DNA from: an uncultured Syntrophomonadaceae bacterium | GTDB taxonomy: Bacteria; Bacillota; Dethiobacteria; DTU022 | Direction: 5' to 3' | Length of the DNA: 64,000 bases | NCBI GenBank assembly: GCA_964506505.1 | Contig: CAZDKY010000021.1 | Location: 4,010-68,009, forward strand | Shown: positions 1 to 10,519 of the stretch, in pieces | How the letters are laid out: every line of letters starts with the position of its first letter | Numbering within the stretch: the stretch's first letter is position 1 | The notes under the pieces: model-generated | Database searches by the model: none | What the model was told of the DNA's origin: nothing | What the model saw: only the letters and a program-made list of their open reading frames with translations | Program-made: the position numbers and the translations under genes

Positions 1-840
1 CCGGAATATAACGATCAACACGCCAATTGTAATACCAAAAATTATTTTACCCTTTTCGGTAAAAGGACTGGTAACCCAGTCGGTAGCCATGAAGAATGAG
101 CCGAGCAGCAGCCCGCCGGTTACCAGGTGATAGAGCGGGTTGCCACCTGAGAGCAAAGTCAGAACCACTACCGTAGCCAGAATTGATACGGGTATCCTCC
201 AGCTGATATGTTTTTTATAAAGCAAATAAGCCGCGCCGATAAGAATCGCCAGGGGCGATACTTCTGACATGGCCCCTCCCGGAAAAGCCAGGAATAGCTG
301 GCCCAGCGGGGGCATTTCCAGGCCCATTTTCATCATGGCCAGCGGTGTGGCCTGGGTCATCACATCAATTGGGCCAAAGTAAACATTCAATGGCTCAAAC
401 CAGCTGTAAACAAAGGCAAAGAGCGGTGCCAGCAAAATCAGGGCCACTCTTCCGAAAAGAGCCGGGTTGAAACGGTTCCAGCCCAGGCCGCCAACCAGTT
501 CCTTGGCCACCCCTACAGCAAGAAAGGTAGCCAGCACACCCTGCCACCACGGCGTAGAAGCGGGGAACAACAGGGCAACAAAGAGACCGGTGAGCAGTGC
601 ACTCCAATCTCCAGGCCTTGCTTTCCTGTTCATCAGGTTCCTGAACAGAAGCTCGGTTAAAATAGCGGTAACCAGGCAGACGGCAATAAAGAATACCGCA
701 TAGAGCCTGAAAAAATATATGGCTACCAGCGTGACAGGTATCAGGGCAATAAAAACATCACGCATAGCTTTCGATATCGTCCCCTCATCTTTAATGTGCG
801 GGGACGACGATACTATGAAATTTCGGGCTTCATTCACCAC
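1..840 (-). CDS. rnfD: RnfD/RsxD family membrane subunit (runs off window start)
   Basis: Not in the ORF track. Manual translation from GTG at 840 (RBS GAGGAG) gives VNEARNFIVSSSPHIKDEGTISKAMRDVFIALIP..., with GGLGWNRFNPAL, DVMTQATPL and FFMATDWVTSP motifs typical of RnfD. Confidence 0.9.
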   Translation of the reverse strand, partial: MVNEARNFIVSSSPHIKDEGTISKAMRDVFIALIPVTLVAIYFFRLYAVFFIAVCLVTAILTELLFRNLMNRKARPGDWSALLTGLFVALLFPASTPWWQGVLATFLAVGVAKELVGGLGWNRFNPALFGRVALILLAPLFAFVYSWFEPLNVYFGPIDVMTQATPLAMMKMGLEMPPLGQLFLAFPGGAMSEVSPLAILIGAAYLLYKKHISWRIPVSILATVVVLTLLSGGNPLYHLVTGGLLLGSFFMATDWVTSPFTEKGKIIFGITIGVLIVIFR

Positions 841-867
841 TTATCTCCTCCTTTTCCCCACTTTCGC

Positions 868-2184
868 TTATTTCTTGCTCTGCATTTCGCGGATCAGCGG
901 CTTGGTCCGCTGAATTAACTGCACGATTGGCCGCTTGGAGGGACAAACATAGGCACAGATACCACACTCTATGCAGTCCAGGGCATTCCACTCGTCTGCT
1001 TCCTCGATCATTTTTGCTTCACAGAATATACTCAGCTGATTGGGATAAAGCAGCATCGGGCAGTGCTCCACACATTTACAACAGCGGACACAGTCATAGT
1101 ATTCCATGTCTTCGATGGCCATGTCCGGCGGCAGGACAATTACACCTGTTGTCCCTTTGACTATCGGAACATCAAGGTTCTGCTGCGCTTTTCCGGTCAT
1201 CGGTCCACCAATCACCACTTTGGCCGGCTCTTCCACTATGCCGCCGCATTCTTCAATCAGGTGGCCAATTGGAGTACCTATTTTTACCATCAGATTCTGA
1301 GGATCATTCAGGTTTTGACCGGTCACCGTGACCACTCTTTCGATCAGTGGCTTCTTATACCTGACCGCCTCGTAGATTGCCACACAGGTACCCACATTCT
1401 GGATAATTGCCCCCACATCAAAGGGTAAGCCCCCGGAAGGGATTTCCCGGTCGAGGGCCGCTTTAACAAGGTGTTTTTCCGAACCCTGCGGGTACTTGGT
1501 CGGCATTCTGAGCAGTACTATCTGGGAATTGGTATTTTTTTGTCGAACTGCTTCGATGGCGTCATCCTTATTGTCTTCAATGCAGAGATAGGCCTTATCC
1601 ACACTGAGCATCTTCATTAACAGCTCGATGCCCTGCAGCAGTTCCCCGGGTTTTTCCAGCATAAGGCGATGATCACAGGTTAAAAATGGTTCACATTCAC
1701 AACCGTTTATAACCAGAGCATCGATTTTTTTATCCGGTGGCGGGCTTAATTTAACTGCCGTCGGGAAAGCGGCACCACCCATCCCGACGATCCCCGCTTC
1801 TTTGATAGCCTTGCTCAGATCTTCTCTGGTCACGGTCTCAATATCGACGTCGGCAAGCTCAAGCTCATCCTGTTCCTCATCAACAGCAATGACAATGCTG
1901 TTCACCATCTGACCGGTTAAGTAAGCGCGGGGCTCAATTGCTGTAACCGTTCCTGAGAGGCTGGCATGGATAGGCGCACTGACAAATTTGTCAGTTTCAC
2001 CGATCTTTTGCCCGGCCTTCACTTTATCGCCCACTTTAACCAGCGGTTCATTGGGAGCACCGGTATGCTGAAGAAGCGGGATGACAAGCTCCCCGGGAAG
2101 AGATGCTTTTTTAATTTCTTTATGCTCGGTAAAGCTCTTATAGTGGGGGATACTGATCCCACCGGTAAATTTTTTCACTTCCAT
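868..2184 (-). CDS. rnfC: RnfC/RsxC NADH/FMN-binding Fe-S subunit
   Basis: GIVGMGGAAFPTAVK, NGCECEPFLTCD, KYPQGSEK, GGPMTG and two CxxCxxCxxxCP motifs. Confidence 0.95.
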   Translation of the reverse strand: MEVKKFTGGISIPHYKSFTEHKEIKKASLPGELVIPLLQHTGAPNEPLVKVGDKVKAGQKIGETDKFVSAPIHASLSGTVTAIEPRAYLTGQMVNSIVIAVDEEQDELELADVDIETVTREDLSKAIKEAGIVGMGGAAFPTAVKLSPPPDKKIDALVINGCECEPFLTCDHRLMLEKPGELLQGIELLMKMLSVDKAYLCIEDNKDDAIEAVRQKNTNSQIVLLRMPTKYPQGSEKHLVKAALDREIPSGGLPFDVGAIIQNVGTCVAIYEAVRYKKPLIERVVTVTGQNLNDPQNLMVKIGTPIGHLIEECGGIVEEPAKVVIGGPMTGKAQQNLDVPIVKGTTGVIVLPPDMAIEDMEYYDCVRCCKCVEHCPMLLYPNQLSIFCEAKMIEEADEWNALDCIECGICAYVCPSKRPIVQLIQRTKPLIREMQSKK

Positions 2185-2202
2185 TTGCTTTCACCCCCCG
2201 GT

Positions 2203-2988
2203 TTATTTAGTTTCGCTTTTGGCCTGCTCAATTTTCTTCGAATGTGAACGATTTACCCACAATCCGAAAGCTACCGCGATAATAACAAGCACGCGGAAGG
2301 GTTTAAAGAGAGCACTCCAAATACGGGTTTGTAGTGATACCTGCGGATCGACCGGCAAGCCGTACTTTTCCGGTTTATCGGCCAGGACATAGAGCATGGC
2401 CGTTCCATCTACCTCATCCAGGCCGTACATGGTAGCATTGGTTTTACCGGCCGCTTTGAGTTCTTCCACTCTACTCTGGGCCTGATCGATCAATTCACGG
2501 TAATCCCCAAACTGGATTGAACCTGTAGGACAGGCATTGGCACAGGCCGGCTCCAGGCCGGCATTGAGCCGGTCATAACAGAAAGTACACTTCTGCGCCT
2601 TATTGGTCAGCCGATCAAAACCGATCACGTTAAACGGACAGGCCGCCACGCAGTAGTTACAACCGATACACTTTACCGTGTCAATATTAACCGTCCCGAA
2701 TTCAGTGCGGTACAATGCTCCGGTGGGGCAGGCCTGCATGCAGGCTGCATCAGTGCAATGCATACAGCCCTGCTTGGACATGAGAAAACCTACTTTACCA
2801 TCTTCTTCCTCATGTTCCCTGTAGACCACCCTCATCCAGGTCTGGGCCGAAAAACGGGGCGGGTTTTCATAACTTCCTTCAAAGGTTGTCGCTTCTGCAG
2901 GCAGCTGGTTCCACTGCTTGCAAGCTACCTGGCAGGCACGGCAACCGATACACTTGGAGGCATCAATTAAACAGATTAGCTGAGCCAT
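2203..2988 (-). CDS. fdhB: Formate dehydrogenase Fe-S (beta) subunit, FdnH/HybA-like, with C-terminal membrane anchor
   Basis: CIGCRACQVACKQWN, four 4Fe-4S motifs, C-terminal hydrophobic helix. Confidence 0.9.
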   Translation of the reverse strand: MAQLICLIDASKCIGCRACQVACKQWNQLPAEATTFEGSYENPPRFSAQTWMRVVYREHEEEDGKVGFLMSKQGCMHCTDAACMQACPTGALYRTEFGTVNIDTVKCIGCNYCVAACPFNVIGFDRLTNKAQKCTFCYDRLNAGLEPACANACPTGSIQFGDYRELIDQAQSRVEELKAAGKTNATMYGLDEVDGTAMLYVLADKPEKYGLPVDPQVSLQTRIWSALFKPFRVLVIIAVAFGLWVNRSHSKKIEQAKSETK

Positions 2989-5900
2989 TTATCCTGCCCT
3001 CCTTATATTGCACAGGAATGCTTTTGATTCGGGGATAGCCGTATTGGCATCACCAACCGATGCCGTCAGGTCGTTGGCTACGGCACCGGTACTCATTCCC
3101 TTGAAACCCCAGTGCCAGGGCAATGCGACATAGTGTTTTTTCTCACCGTTGATGATCAGCGGTTTAAGACGCTTGGTAACACAAGCTTTTGCCTCTATAC
3201 TTTCCTGATTGCCATCCTTGAAGAGGCGCTTGCTTTCGATGGCCACGACGTCGCCATTGTTTATACCCAGTTCTGAAGCCAGTTCCTCGCTGATCTCGAT
3301 GAAAAGTTCCGGCATCAGCTCGTTCAACCAGGGGATATTACGGGTAACGATACCCGACTGGTAATGTTCAACAACCCGACAGGTTGTAATGATGTAGGGG
3401 TATCTTTCCCTCTCTTCATCGGTTTCCACGGTGTGATCTTCGTAGAAACGCTGGCTAACCGGGTTATAAGTAGCATTGGGATAGAACAGGTTGGGAACCA
3501 GGCTCTCCGCCGGCTCGTAGTGAGTAGGCATGGGCCCGTCTTTCAAGGCACTGTGTGAATAAAGCCTGCCCACACCTTCCGGCAGCATGATAAAGGGATT
3601 CTCCGTAGACTGTTCAAGAGTCCAGCTACCGGGAATATCGGGAATGTCGTTGCCAACCCACTTCTGCTGGATTTCATCCCACCATATAACGGGGGCATCA
3701 GGATTCCATGGTTTTCCTTCCAGGTTGGCAGAACAACGATTGTAAACAATGCGCCGGTTCAGGGGCCAGGCAAAAGACCAACCCAGGTTAGTGCCAATAC
3801 CGTCTTTTTCTCGATTCCGGTTCTTAGTAGCCGGTTGATCATAGTTGTTATAGTACCCGCTGTATAACCAGTTTCCGCAGGCCGTCGATCCGTCATCAGC
3901 CAGGCCTACAAAGTTGGTAACCAGTGAATCGTCAACCACCCGGTAACCGTTGATATCTTTACAAACCTTGACAATATCCACTTCACCGTCAGGACCGTCA
4001 TAATCCCAGAACATTTTTGTGATCTGTTCTGGAACAACGCCACCCTCTGCTTCATAGAGGGACTGCAGTCTCTTAAAAAGTTCATTAACAATCCACAGGT
4101 CTGATTTTGCTTCGCCCGGCGGATCCTGGCACTTCCAGGTCCATTGGATCCAGCGGCCGCTGTTGGCCTTGCTGCCTTCCCTTTCATAACCGGCCGCGGC
4201 TGGGAGGATAAAGACCTCGGTGTCAATTTCAGCCGGATCCATGCCGGGACCCTGCCAGAAAGAAGCAGTTTCGTTTTCAAAGAGATCTACTGCAACGAGC
4301 CACTTGAGGTTCTTCTGGTAGTTACGCTTGTTAGCGGCACTGGGACCGGATACGGCCGGGTTGTCAGCCCAGCAGATCATCCCTTCCACTTTTTTTTCTC
4401 CCATATCTTTATACAGGGCAATGTGAGAGTGATCACGCCCGTCCAGCTTCGGCATCCACTGATAACCGAACTCATTATCTGAAGTAGCGTTATCGCCATA
4501 GAAAGCCTTCAGGAGGCTGACAAAATACTTCGGCTTGTTACTCCACCACCCGGAGGCCGGGGTTTCTTTTACCAGGTAATCATCAAGAGTAGGATGAGTC
4601 GCCTGCTGGGGAGTAGACATGTAACCGGGAACAATGTGATAGAGTATACTCATATCTGTTGAACCCTGCACATTGGACTGCCCGCGCTGGGCATTCACTC
4701 CACCACCGGCAATTCCGATATTCCCCAGGAGCAGCTGGACAATGGCACAGGAACGGACATTCTGTGAACCGTGCGTGAACTGGGTGATACCCATGGCATA
4801 AAGCAGGTTGCCTGCTTTACCGGCTTCACCTGTGCTGCTGTAAAGCTCATAAGAAGCTTCCAGCGCTTCGGGATCGGCACCTGTTATCTTGCTCACATTG
4901 TCGATGGTGTACTTAGCATAATGCTTTTTCATTAACTGCAGAACACAGTTGGGATCCTGCAAGGTGGGATCCTTTAGCGGCTTGCCCTCTTCATCCTGCT
5001 GGTACTGCCATGTTTCGGTATTGTATTTCTTCGCACTGCGAGCAGGATCGTCTTCGTCTCCGGAAAAAAGTCCTGTTGCCTCATCAAATGAAAACTCTTC
5101 GTTAACAAGGTAAGATGCATTGGTGTAATTTTCTACATACTCCTTGTGATAACGTTCGTTGCTGAGGATATAGTTGATCATTCCGCCCAGGTAAGCAATA
5201 TTGGTCCCGGGGCGAATGGAAACGTGCAGATCAGCAACCGCTGCCGTTCTGGATATGCGGGGGTCGATTACAATTAACTTCGCTCCCCTGGTCTCCCGGG
5301 CCTTTTGGATCCATTTCATAGAAATAGGATGGTTCTCAGCTGTGTTCCCACCTATATTGATAAAAACATCGGTATGTTTATAATCAATCCAGTGGTTGGT
5401 CATGCAACCTCTCCCGAACGTGGCGCCGAGACCGGCGACCGTGCTCGAGTGTCAGAGGCGAGCACAGTGATCAATATTAATCACACCCATGGCCCGGGCC
5501 ATCTTGTGGAAGAGGTAATTTTCCTCGTTGGTACAGAAAGCACTGCCCAGCCAGGAAATGGCCTCGGTCCGGTTGACGGTAACCTGCCTGCCGTCTACAT
5601 TGACCGATTCAACATAAGTTTGATCACGCGTGTCTTTAATTTTTCTGGCGATCGTATCCAGAGCCCAGTCCCAGTCTTTTACTTCATAGCTGCTGCTACC
5701 CGGAGCCCTGTATAGCACGTGAGTCAAACGGTTCGGGTTAGGCTTCGGTTTTCCTTTCTCATCGTAAATATAAGAAATGTTGTAATGCGAGCTCCCTTTA
5801 CTGCAAAGGGTACCCTCATTAATGGGGTGGTCCGGATCTCCTTCAGCATTGACAATTACGCCGTCCCGGACATGACAAACCACACCACAGCCAACTCCGC

Positions 5901-6054
5901 AAAAAGTGCAAATTGTTGTATACTCCTTGGTATACTTAATGCGCAGCGGGTCAATGGTTGACGCAGAAGCCTTATTCAGGCCAACACTGGCCAGCGTTGC
6001 CGCAGCGGCAGTTGCGCCAGTCAATTTTAAAAAACTGCGTCGTGTTAATTGCAT
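2989..6054 (-). CDS. fdhA: Selenocysteine-containing, Tat-exported formate dehydrogenase alpha subunit (FdnG-type), about 1021 aa
   Basis: ORFs 5452..6054 and 2989..5403 are in frame across TGA 5452-5454, reading [28 protein letters not shown] (canonical Fdh Sec site). Tat motif TRRSFLK; CTFCGVGC cluster motif. Confidence 0.95.
5420..5451 (-). promoter_or_regulatory. Bacterial SECIS element of fdhA
   Basis: Hairpin CGCCG-GTCT-CGGCG downstream of the UGA, loop G at +20. Confidence 0.8.
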
Positions 6055-6068
6055 AAGAATTCCACCTC

Positions 6069-6968
6069 CTAGTCGTGTCTGTCTACTATTTCGCTCTGGT
6101 TAACCCACTCCAGGCCGGAGCCGGGAGTGAAACCTTCCCGCCTGGCCAGTAAATCATAAGGCAGAGTGGCAAGGTTGTGGATGGTTAAGATTTCTGCTCC
6201 ATCCATGTTTAATTTTCTCCCATCAAAGATCTTGTAATACTGGCAGCATTGGCGACAATAGTAAACCCTGCATGTTTCCATCCCTTCAACACTAAAATAA
6301 CCGAGTTCCTCTCGCTCTTCATTTCCGCAGTACGGGCATTTGACGCGGCTATACACCCAGCGGGTGCCACAGAGCCAGCATTCGAACTGTTTTGCGCCAT
6401 CACTGCTGCGAAGCATACCAAAATGAGGCTTTTCACCGCATAACGGGCAATTCCCTCCTTCCCAGATGTCAGTCCGCAAGACCTCACTTACCGGCTGTAG
6501 GTACTGCCGGTAAAAGGAAGATACTATTATCGAAAAAAGAAACGTGGCCATGTCCTGCTCCAGGACGTTTTCTTTGACCAGATCGTCTCTGAACTCCATG
6601 AACTCGTTTCTTTCCATTTTTTCTGGTTTTTCAGCCAGGAACCGGTCACTTGCTTCTTCTAAAACCTTCACAGTAGTTTTTAAAGTTGGATTCGTTTTGT
6701 TCATGGCTATACTAACTTTCTTTAGCATTCCGATGACAGCGCTGGTATCCAGCGGGGGATTGCAGTTAAGCGACTGGCCCTTCTGCAGGGTTTCGTATAC
6801 TTTCATTTCATCAAGCGGCGCTGCAGCTTCAATCGGGTTTTCCAGAATATACTCATTAAGAGCAGAATATGCCTTTTCGACAAAGGTAACTGCTTCGCTA
6901 AAATTGTCATAGAGGCGGATGCAGCGGTCAATTTCTTCCCTGTAATTATTGTGCGGCAGGATAGTCAA
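6069..6968 (-). CDS. fdhE: Formate dehydrogenase accessory protein FdhE
   Basis: CPLCG, CWLCGTRW, CPYCG, CRQC motifs; lies directly upstream of fdhA. Confidence 0.9.
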   Translation of the reverse strand: MTILPHNNYREEIDRCIRLYDNFSEAVTFVEKAYSALNEYILENPIEAAAPLDEMKVYETLQKGQSLNCNPPLDTSAVIGMLKKVSIAMNKTNPTLKTTVKVLEEASDRFLAEKPEKMERNEFMEFRDDLVKENVLEQDMATFLFSIIVSSFYRQYLQPVSEVLRTDIWEGGNCPLCGEKPHFGMLRSSDGAKQFECWLCGTRWVYSRVKCPYCGNEEREELGYFSVEGMETCRVYYCRQCCQYYKIFDGRKLNMDGAEILTIHNLATLPYDLLARREGFTPGSGLEWVNQSEIVDRHD

Positions 6969-7027
6969 TTATATATCCCCCTTTAATTTAAATTAATACC
7001 AATTATTAGTATTAGGAATCACATATA

Positions 7028-7045
7028 TTGTGAATTTATTAACAT
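7028..7045. promoter_or_regulatory. Possible Rex operator
   Basis: TTGTGAATTTATTAACAT against consensus TTGTGAA-N4-TTCACAA; lies between the promoter and fdhE. Confidence 0.5.
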
Positions 7046-7082
7046 GTACTTACATAAAAAAATGCCTTCCTCATATTTAAGC

Positions 7083-7111
7083 ATTATGGCACATATCGTT
7101 TTCTGTGTCAA
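7083..7111 (-). promoter_or_regulatory. SigA promoter of the fdh-rnf operon
   Basis: TTGACA-17 bp-CATAAT with extended TG. Confidence 0.7.
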
Positions 7112-7404
7112 TAAATACTGACACCTTATTAATCAACCCTTATTAATCATTTTACTTTAATAAAATTTCCGGCTCCTCAAAGATTTTAAACGATATAAAA
7201 CGGATATGATATAAACTTAATATCAAATACATTCATTCTATAAAAAGGCGGCTGATCCTTTTTTTTAAAACATTTTTTTTCTGCCGCTTTTTCAGTCTCA
7301 AATGGTCCAATTCTTTAATTCAAATGTTAAAAATGGCCTTCCATTCGATAAATTTTTCTCCCTTTACTTAGTTTCAATTCAGCAGGGCAAGTCGAACTGG
7401 ATCA

Positions 7405-7827
7405 TTACTTCGTTAGTAGTTTCACATAATCTTGAATTTGATCACGGATAATTCGAAATTGATCCAGTATTTCCTCCTCCTTTCCCTCAGCCCTGGCCGG
7501 ATCTTCCAAAGGCCAGTGCCTCTTTTCAACTTTTACCGGGACAACCGGACAGTTTTCCCGGGCATCGCCGCACAGGGTAATCAACAGGTCAGTCTTATTC
7601 AATAGCGCACCAGTTATACGATCAGAAGTCTGATTGCTGATATCTATTCCCACTTCGTCCATTACCCTGACTGCCCGCGGATTCAGCCCAACAGGATTTA
7701 TACCGGCGCTAGAAACTGCGAAGCGATCCCCGCCGAGCTTTTTTAAAAACCCTTCGGCCATCTGGCTGCGAGCAGAATTGCCGGTGCAGAGGAAGAGTAC
7801 CCTTTTTGGGGCAGCTTTCTTATTCAT
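7405..7827 (-). CDS. arsC: Thioredoxin-dependent arsenate reductase (LMWP family)
   Basis: [34 protein letters not shown]. Confidence 0.9.
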   Translation of the reverse strand: MNKKAAPKRVLFLCTGNSARSQMAEGFLKKLGGDRFAVSSAGINPVGLNPRAVRVMDEVGIDISNQTSDRITGALLNKTDLLITLCGDARENCPVVPVKVEKRHWPLEDPARAEGKEEEILDQFRIIRDQIQDYVKLLTK

Positions 7828-7933
7828 TTGTTGATTCTCCCGTTTGGATATTTTTTAATTGTTACTATTCCATAATTAATTTGAGACAACATTACAAAAC
7901 TTCTTCGCTCAATCTCAAAAATAATGTGGCTTT

Positions 7934-8120
7934 TTACCTTACAACCTGCTTCATGGCCGGGAACCAGCTGCGGGTCTTCAGGCAGATCCGGACCAGGACC
8001 AGCATGATCGGCACTTCGATTAAAACCCCGACGACCGTGGACAGGGCCGCCCCTGAAGTGAGGCCGAAAATTGTCACCGCCGTAGCTATGGCCACCTCAA
8101 GATGGTTGCCGTCGCCTATA
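7934..8120 (-). pseudogene. acr3: C-terminal remnant of an Acr3 arsenite efflux pump
   Basis: Manual translation [54 protein letters not shown] matches the Acr3 C-terminus; no start codon or N-terminal part. Confidence 0.8.
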
Positions 8121-8226
8121 TTTCATGCCGGTATCAATACATTGGTCACCATACAGGAAATAGTTTATATACCCCATTTATTTTTAAATCCAAAACTGCT
8201 TTGTACAGACAGGTGCTGGTTAGCCT

Positions 8227-9414
8227 TTATAATCCCATGCTGCCAAAAATCATCCCCGATATTGTAGCCATAACAACAACCAGCGCAACGAAAACTATCG
8301 TTTTTTGGGTGCCGAGAACTGAACGTATTACAAGCATATTTGGCAAACTGAGGGCCGGTCCGGCGAGCAGCAGGGCGAGCGCCGGCCCCTTACCCATGCC
8401 AGCTCCAAGCAATCCCTGTAGAATGGGAATTTCTGTTAAGGTGGCGAAGTACATAAAAGCACCGACTACTGAGGCAACAAGGTTGGCCTGCAAACTGTTA
8501 CCACCAACCAGCGCTTCTATATAGCGAACCGGAATTAACCCGGCATCGCTTCCCGGACGCCCCATCAGCAAACCGGCTACCAGGACACCGGCAAAAAGCA
8601 GGGGCAGAATCTGCTTGGCAAAATCCCAGGTGGTATTAACCCAGTCCTTTCGTTCTTCCTGTTTAAACCACCGGGCGAGTATAAAGAAAAGGGCAACCAG
8701 TAAAGCTATTACTACCGGCCATTTTACCGCGTATATCATATTATAGAAACCAATTGGTTCAGCCGGTTTACCCCAGGTGGCAAAAATCAATATCAACACG
8801 AGGGTCAGGAAAAAGAGGATATTCTGCACCGGGCTGCGTGTTTCAGTCATATCTTCATCCAAACCAGCCATCTGTGAGGCAAGCCTTTTTTGATCATCTT
8901 CCCGATATAGAAAAGCCATAATCAGCCCGATCACCACTGCAAATACTATTGCACCAACTGCCCTGGCCATGCCAAGTTCCCAGCCCAGGACCCGTGCTGT
9001 TAAAACAATCGCCAGGATATTAATGGCTGGCCCTGAGTAAAGAAAGGCCACGGCCGGGCCAATACCTGCTCCACGACGGTAAATACCACTGAACAGGGGC
9101 AATACCGTGCAGGAGCAAACAGCCAGGATTATGCCGGAAACTGAGGCTACAGAATAGGCAACAATCCTGCTGGCACCGCTCCCAAAATACTTGATCACTG
9201 CACCCTGGGAAACAAAATTGGCAATAGCCCCGGCTATAAAGAATGCCGGGATCAGGCAGAATAAAACATGCTCCCGGGCATATTCCTGCAGCAGGTGAAA
9301 AGCTTCAATAATAGCCGTGCTTATCTGCGGACTGCCAAAAGGCACAAAATAGGCAGCGAGAAAAACGGCTACGATAACAATAAATTTTTGGTATTCTTTC
9401 ATGGACAGGTTCAA
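8227..9414 (-). CDS. DUF318/ArsP-family permease
   Basis: AVCSCTVLPLF, FLYSGPAIN, YFATLTEIP, LLAGPALSLP motifs; multiple TM segments. Confidence 0.85.
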   Translation of the reverse strand: MNLSMKEYQKFIVIVAVFLAAYFVPFGSPQISTAIIEAFHLLQEYAREHVLFCLIPAFFIAGAIANFVSQGAVIKYFGSGASRIVAYSVASVSGIILAVCSCTVLPLFSGIYRRGAGIGPAVAFLYSGPAINILAIVLTARVLGWELGMARAVGAIVFAVVIGLIMAFLYREDDQKRLASQMAGLDEDMTETRSPVQNILFFLTLVLILIFATWGKPAEPIGFYNMIYAVKWPVVIALLVALFFILARWFKQEERKDWVNTTWDFAKQILPLLFAGVLVAGLLMGRPGSDAGLIPVRYIEALVGGNSLQANLVASVVGAFMYFATLTEIPILQGLLGAGMGKGPALALLLAGPALSLPNMLVIRSVLGTQKTIVFVALVVVMATISGMIFGSMGL

Positions 9415-9461
9415 CTCCTCGATATAAATAAACTTGTTGGAATATTGTTTGTGTTAAATAA

Positions 9462-9701
9462 TTACAATTCTTCCTGGATCATTTTTTTTATTGCTTCAAG
9501 GCTCAGCACTTTACCGGAAGATTTAACCTTTTCATTAATAACAAGAGCCGGCGTCATCATCACATTATAGTCCATTATTTCATCCATATCCGTAACCTTC
9601 CTGACATCAGCGGCAACATTTAGTTCAGCCAGAGCATTTACTGTTTCCTTTTCCAGAGCCTGGCATTTGCTGCACCCGGTTCCCAATATTTTAATGATCA
9701 T
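9462..9701 (-). CDS. Small thioredoxin-like redox protein (MTH895/Thioredoxin_3 type)
   Basis: IKILGTGCSKC ... VMMTPALVIN. Confidence 0.85.
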   Translation of the reverse strand: MIIKILGTGCSKCQALEKETVNALAELNVAADVRKVTDMDEIMDYNVMMTPALVINEKVKSSGKVLSLEAIKKMIQEEL

Positions 9702-9837
9702 TTTTTTATTAACTCCTTTCGATTATTATTTTATTCGAGTGCTTCCTGCGGTTCTATATCTATGCATATACTCTGCAACATCACCTGTTCTTCATCATCC
9801 AGGGCGACAATAATCTTGCCCATTGAAGGTGCCCCAA

Positions 9838-9938
9838 GCCGGGCTTGCTCCTATCTCCCGCATATAAGAATCTACCGCCCGGCAAACGGATTCCGTCTTG
9901 GTATACAATGTTGCGGCATTGTCAAAATAAATGTTCAT
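9838..9938 (-). pseudogene. N-terminal fragment of a cysteine desulfurase-like (class V aminotransferase) gene
   Basis: MNIYFDNAATLYTKTESVCRAVDSYMREIGASP resembles the class V N-terminus (IYxDNAAT); similarity then stops. Confidence 0.55.
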
Positions 9939-9986
9939 AGAAAAATCCTTTTTAAAGCCCGGGTATTTTTAAAATACTAGTAAATA

Positions 9987-10017
9987 CTCAGCCTTATAAA
10001 TTTTTGTTAAGGCTGAG
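9987..10017. terminator. Inverted repeat, probable terminator
   Basis: CTCAGCCTTA...TAAGGCTGAG. Confidence 0.45.
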
Positions 10018-10019
10018 CC

Positions 10020-10099
10020 GTGCCAGCGGGGACGGTTCGAGCGTCACCGGAACGAAGCAGAGGTCCGAAGAAAAGACAATGGAACTGTCCTCTTGACAC
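10020..10099. repeat. REP-like imperfect inverted repeat (GGGACGGTTC family)
   Basis: GTGCCAGCGGGGACGGTTC ... GAACTGTCCTCTTGACAC; related motif at 25410-25433. Confidence 0.45.
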
Positions 10100-10519
10100 G
10101 CAAATACTATTAAAAGCAAAAATACAATTTTAATTCATACATGTCATAATAGTTATATAGTAATACAGTTTCTCTAAATAATCAACTGGGAATCGAGATC
10201 TCCAAAATATTCCCCCGCTAAAACCTGCAGTAGCTTTACAATATGTCGAGATCTCTTTTTAAGCTTTCCTCCTAACCCTCAGCACCCGTTTTAAAATTTA
10301 CTTCAATCTTTCACTGCCCTGATTTCCCATTTTTACAATGAATTTTTAGTTCTTAAACTGCACTCGAACAACATTTCCAACCAAATATTGTATACAATAA
10401 CTTGAAATTCACACAGCAATTCATGTTATAATGTTACGGTTAAATATAATATTTTTAGACCGCAAAATGGGGGGTGGCAAACTTGTCGCTTTCGCACAAA
10501 CGGTCTGGAAAGGTGTTCT

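Noticed and set aside
7806-8267. 153-aa plus-strand ORF
   Set aside because: Antisense shadow of the acr3 remnant; no recognisable protein features.
10456-10512. AGACCG...CGGTCT hairpin with GGCAAAC upstream of the DUF554 gene as a c-di-GMP-I or yybP riboswitch
   Set aside because: Lacks the GAAA tetraloop/receptor, the second stem and the yybP core motifs.
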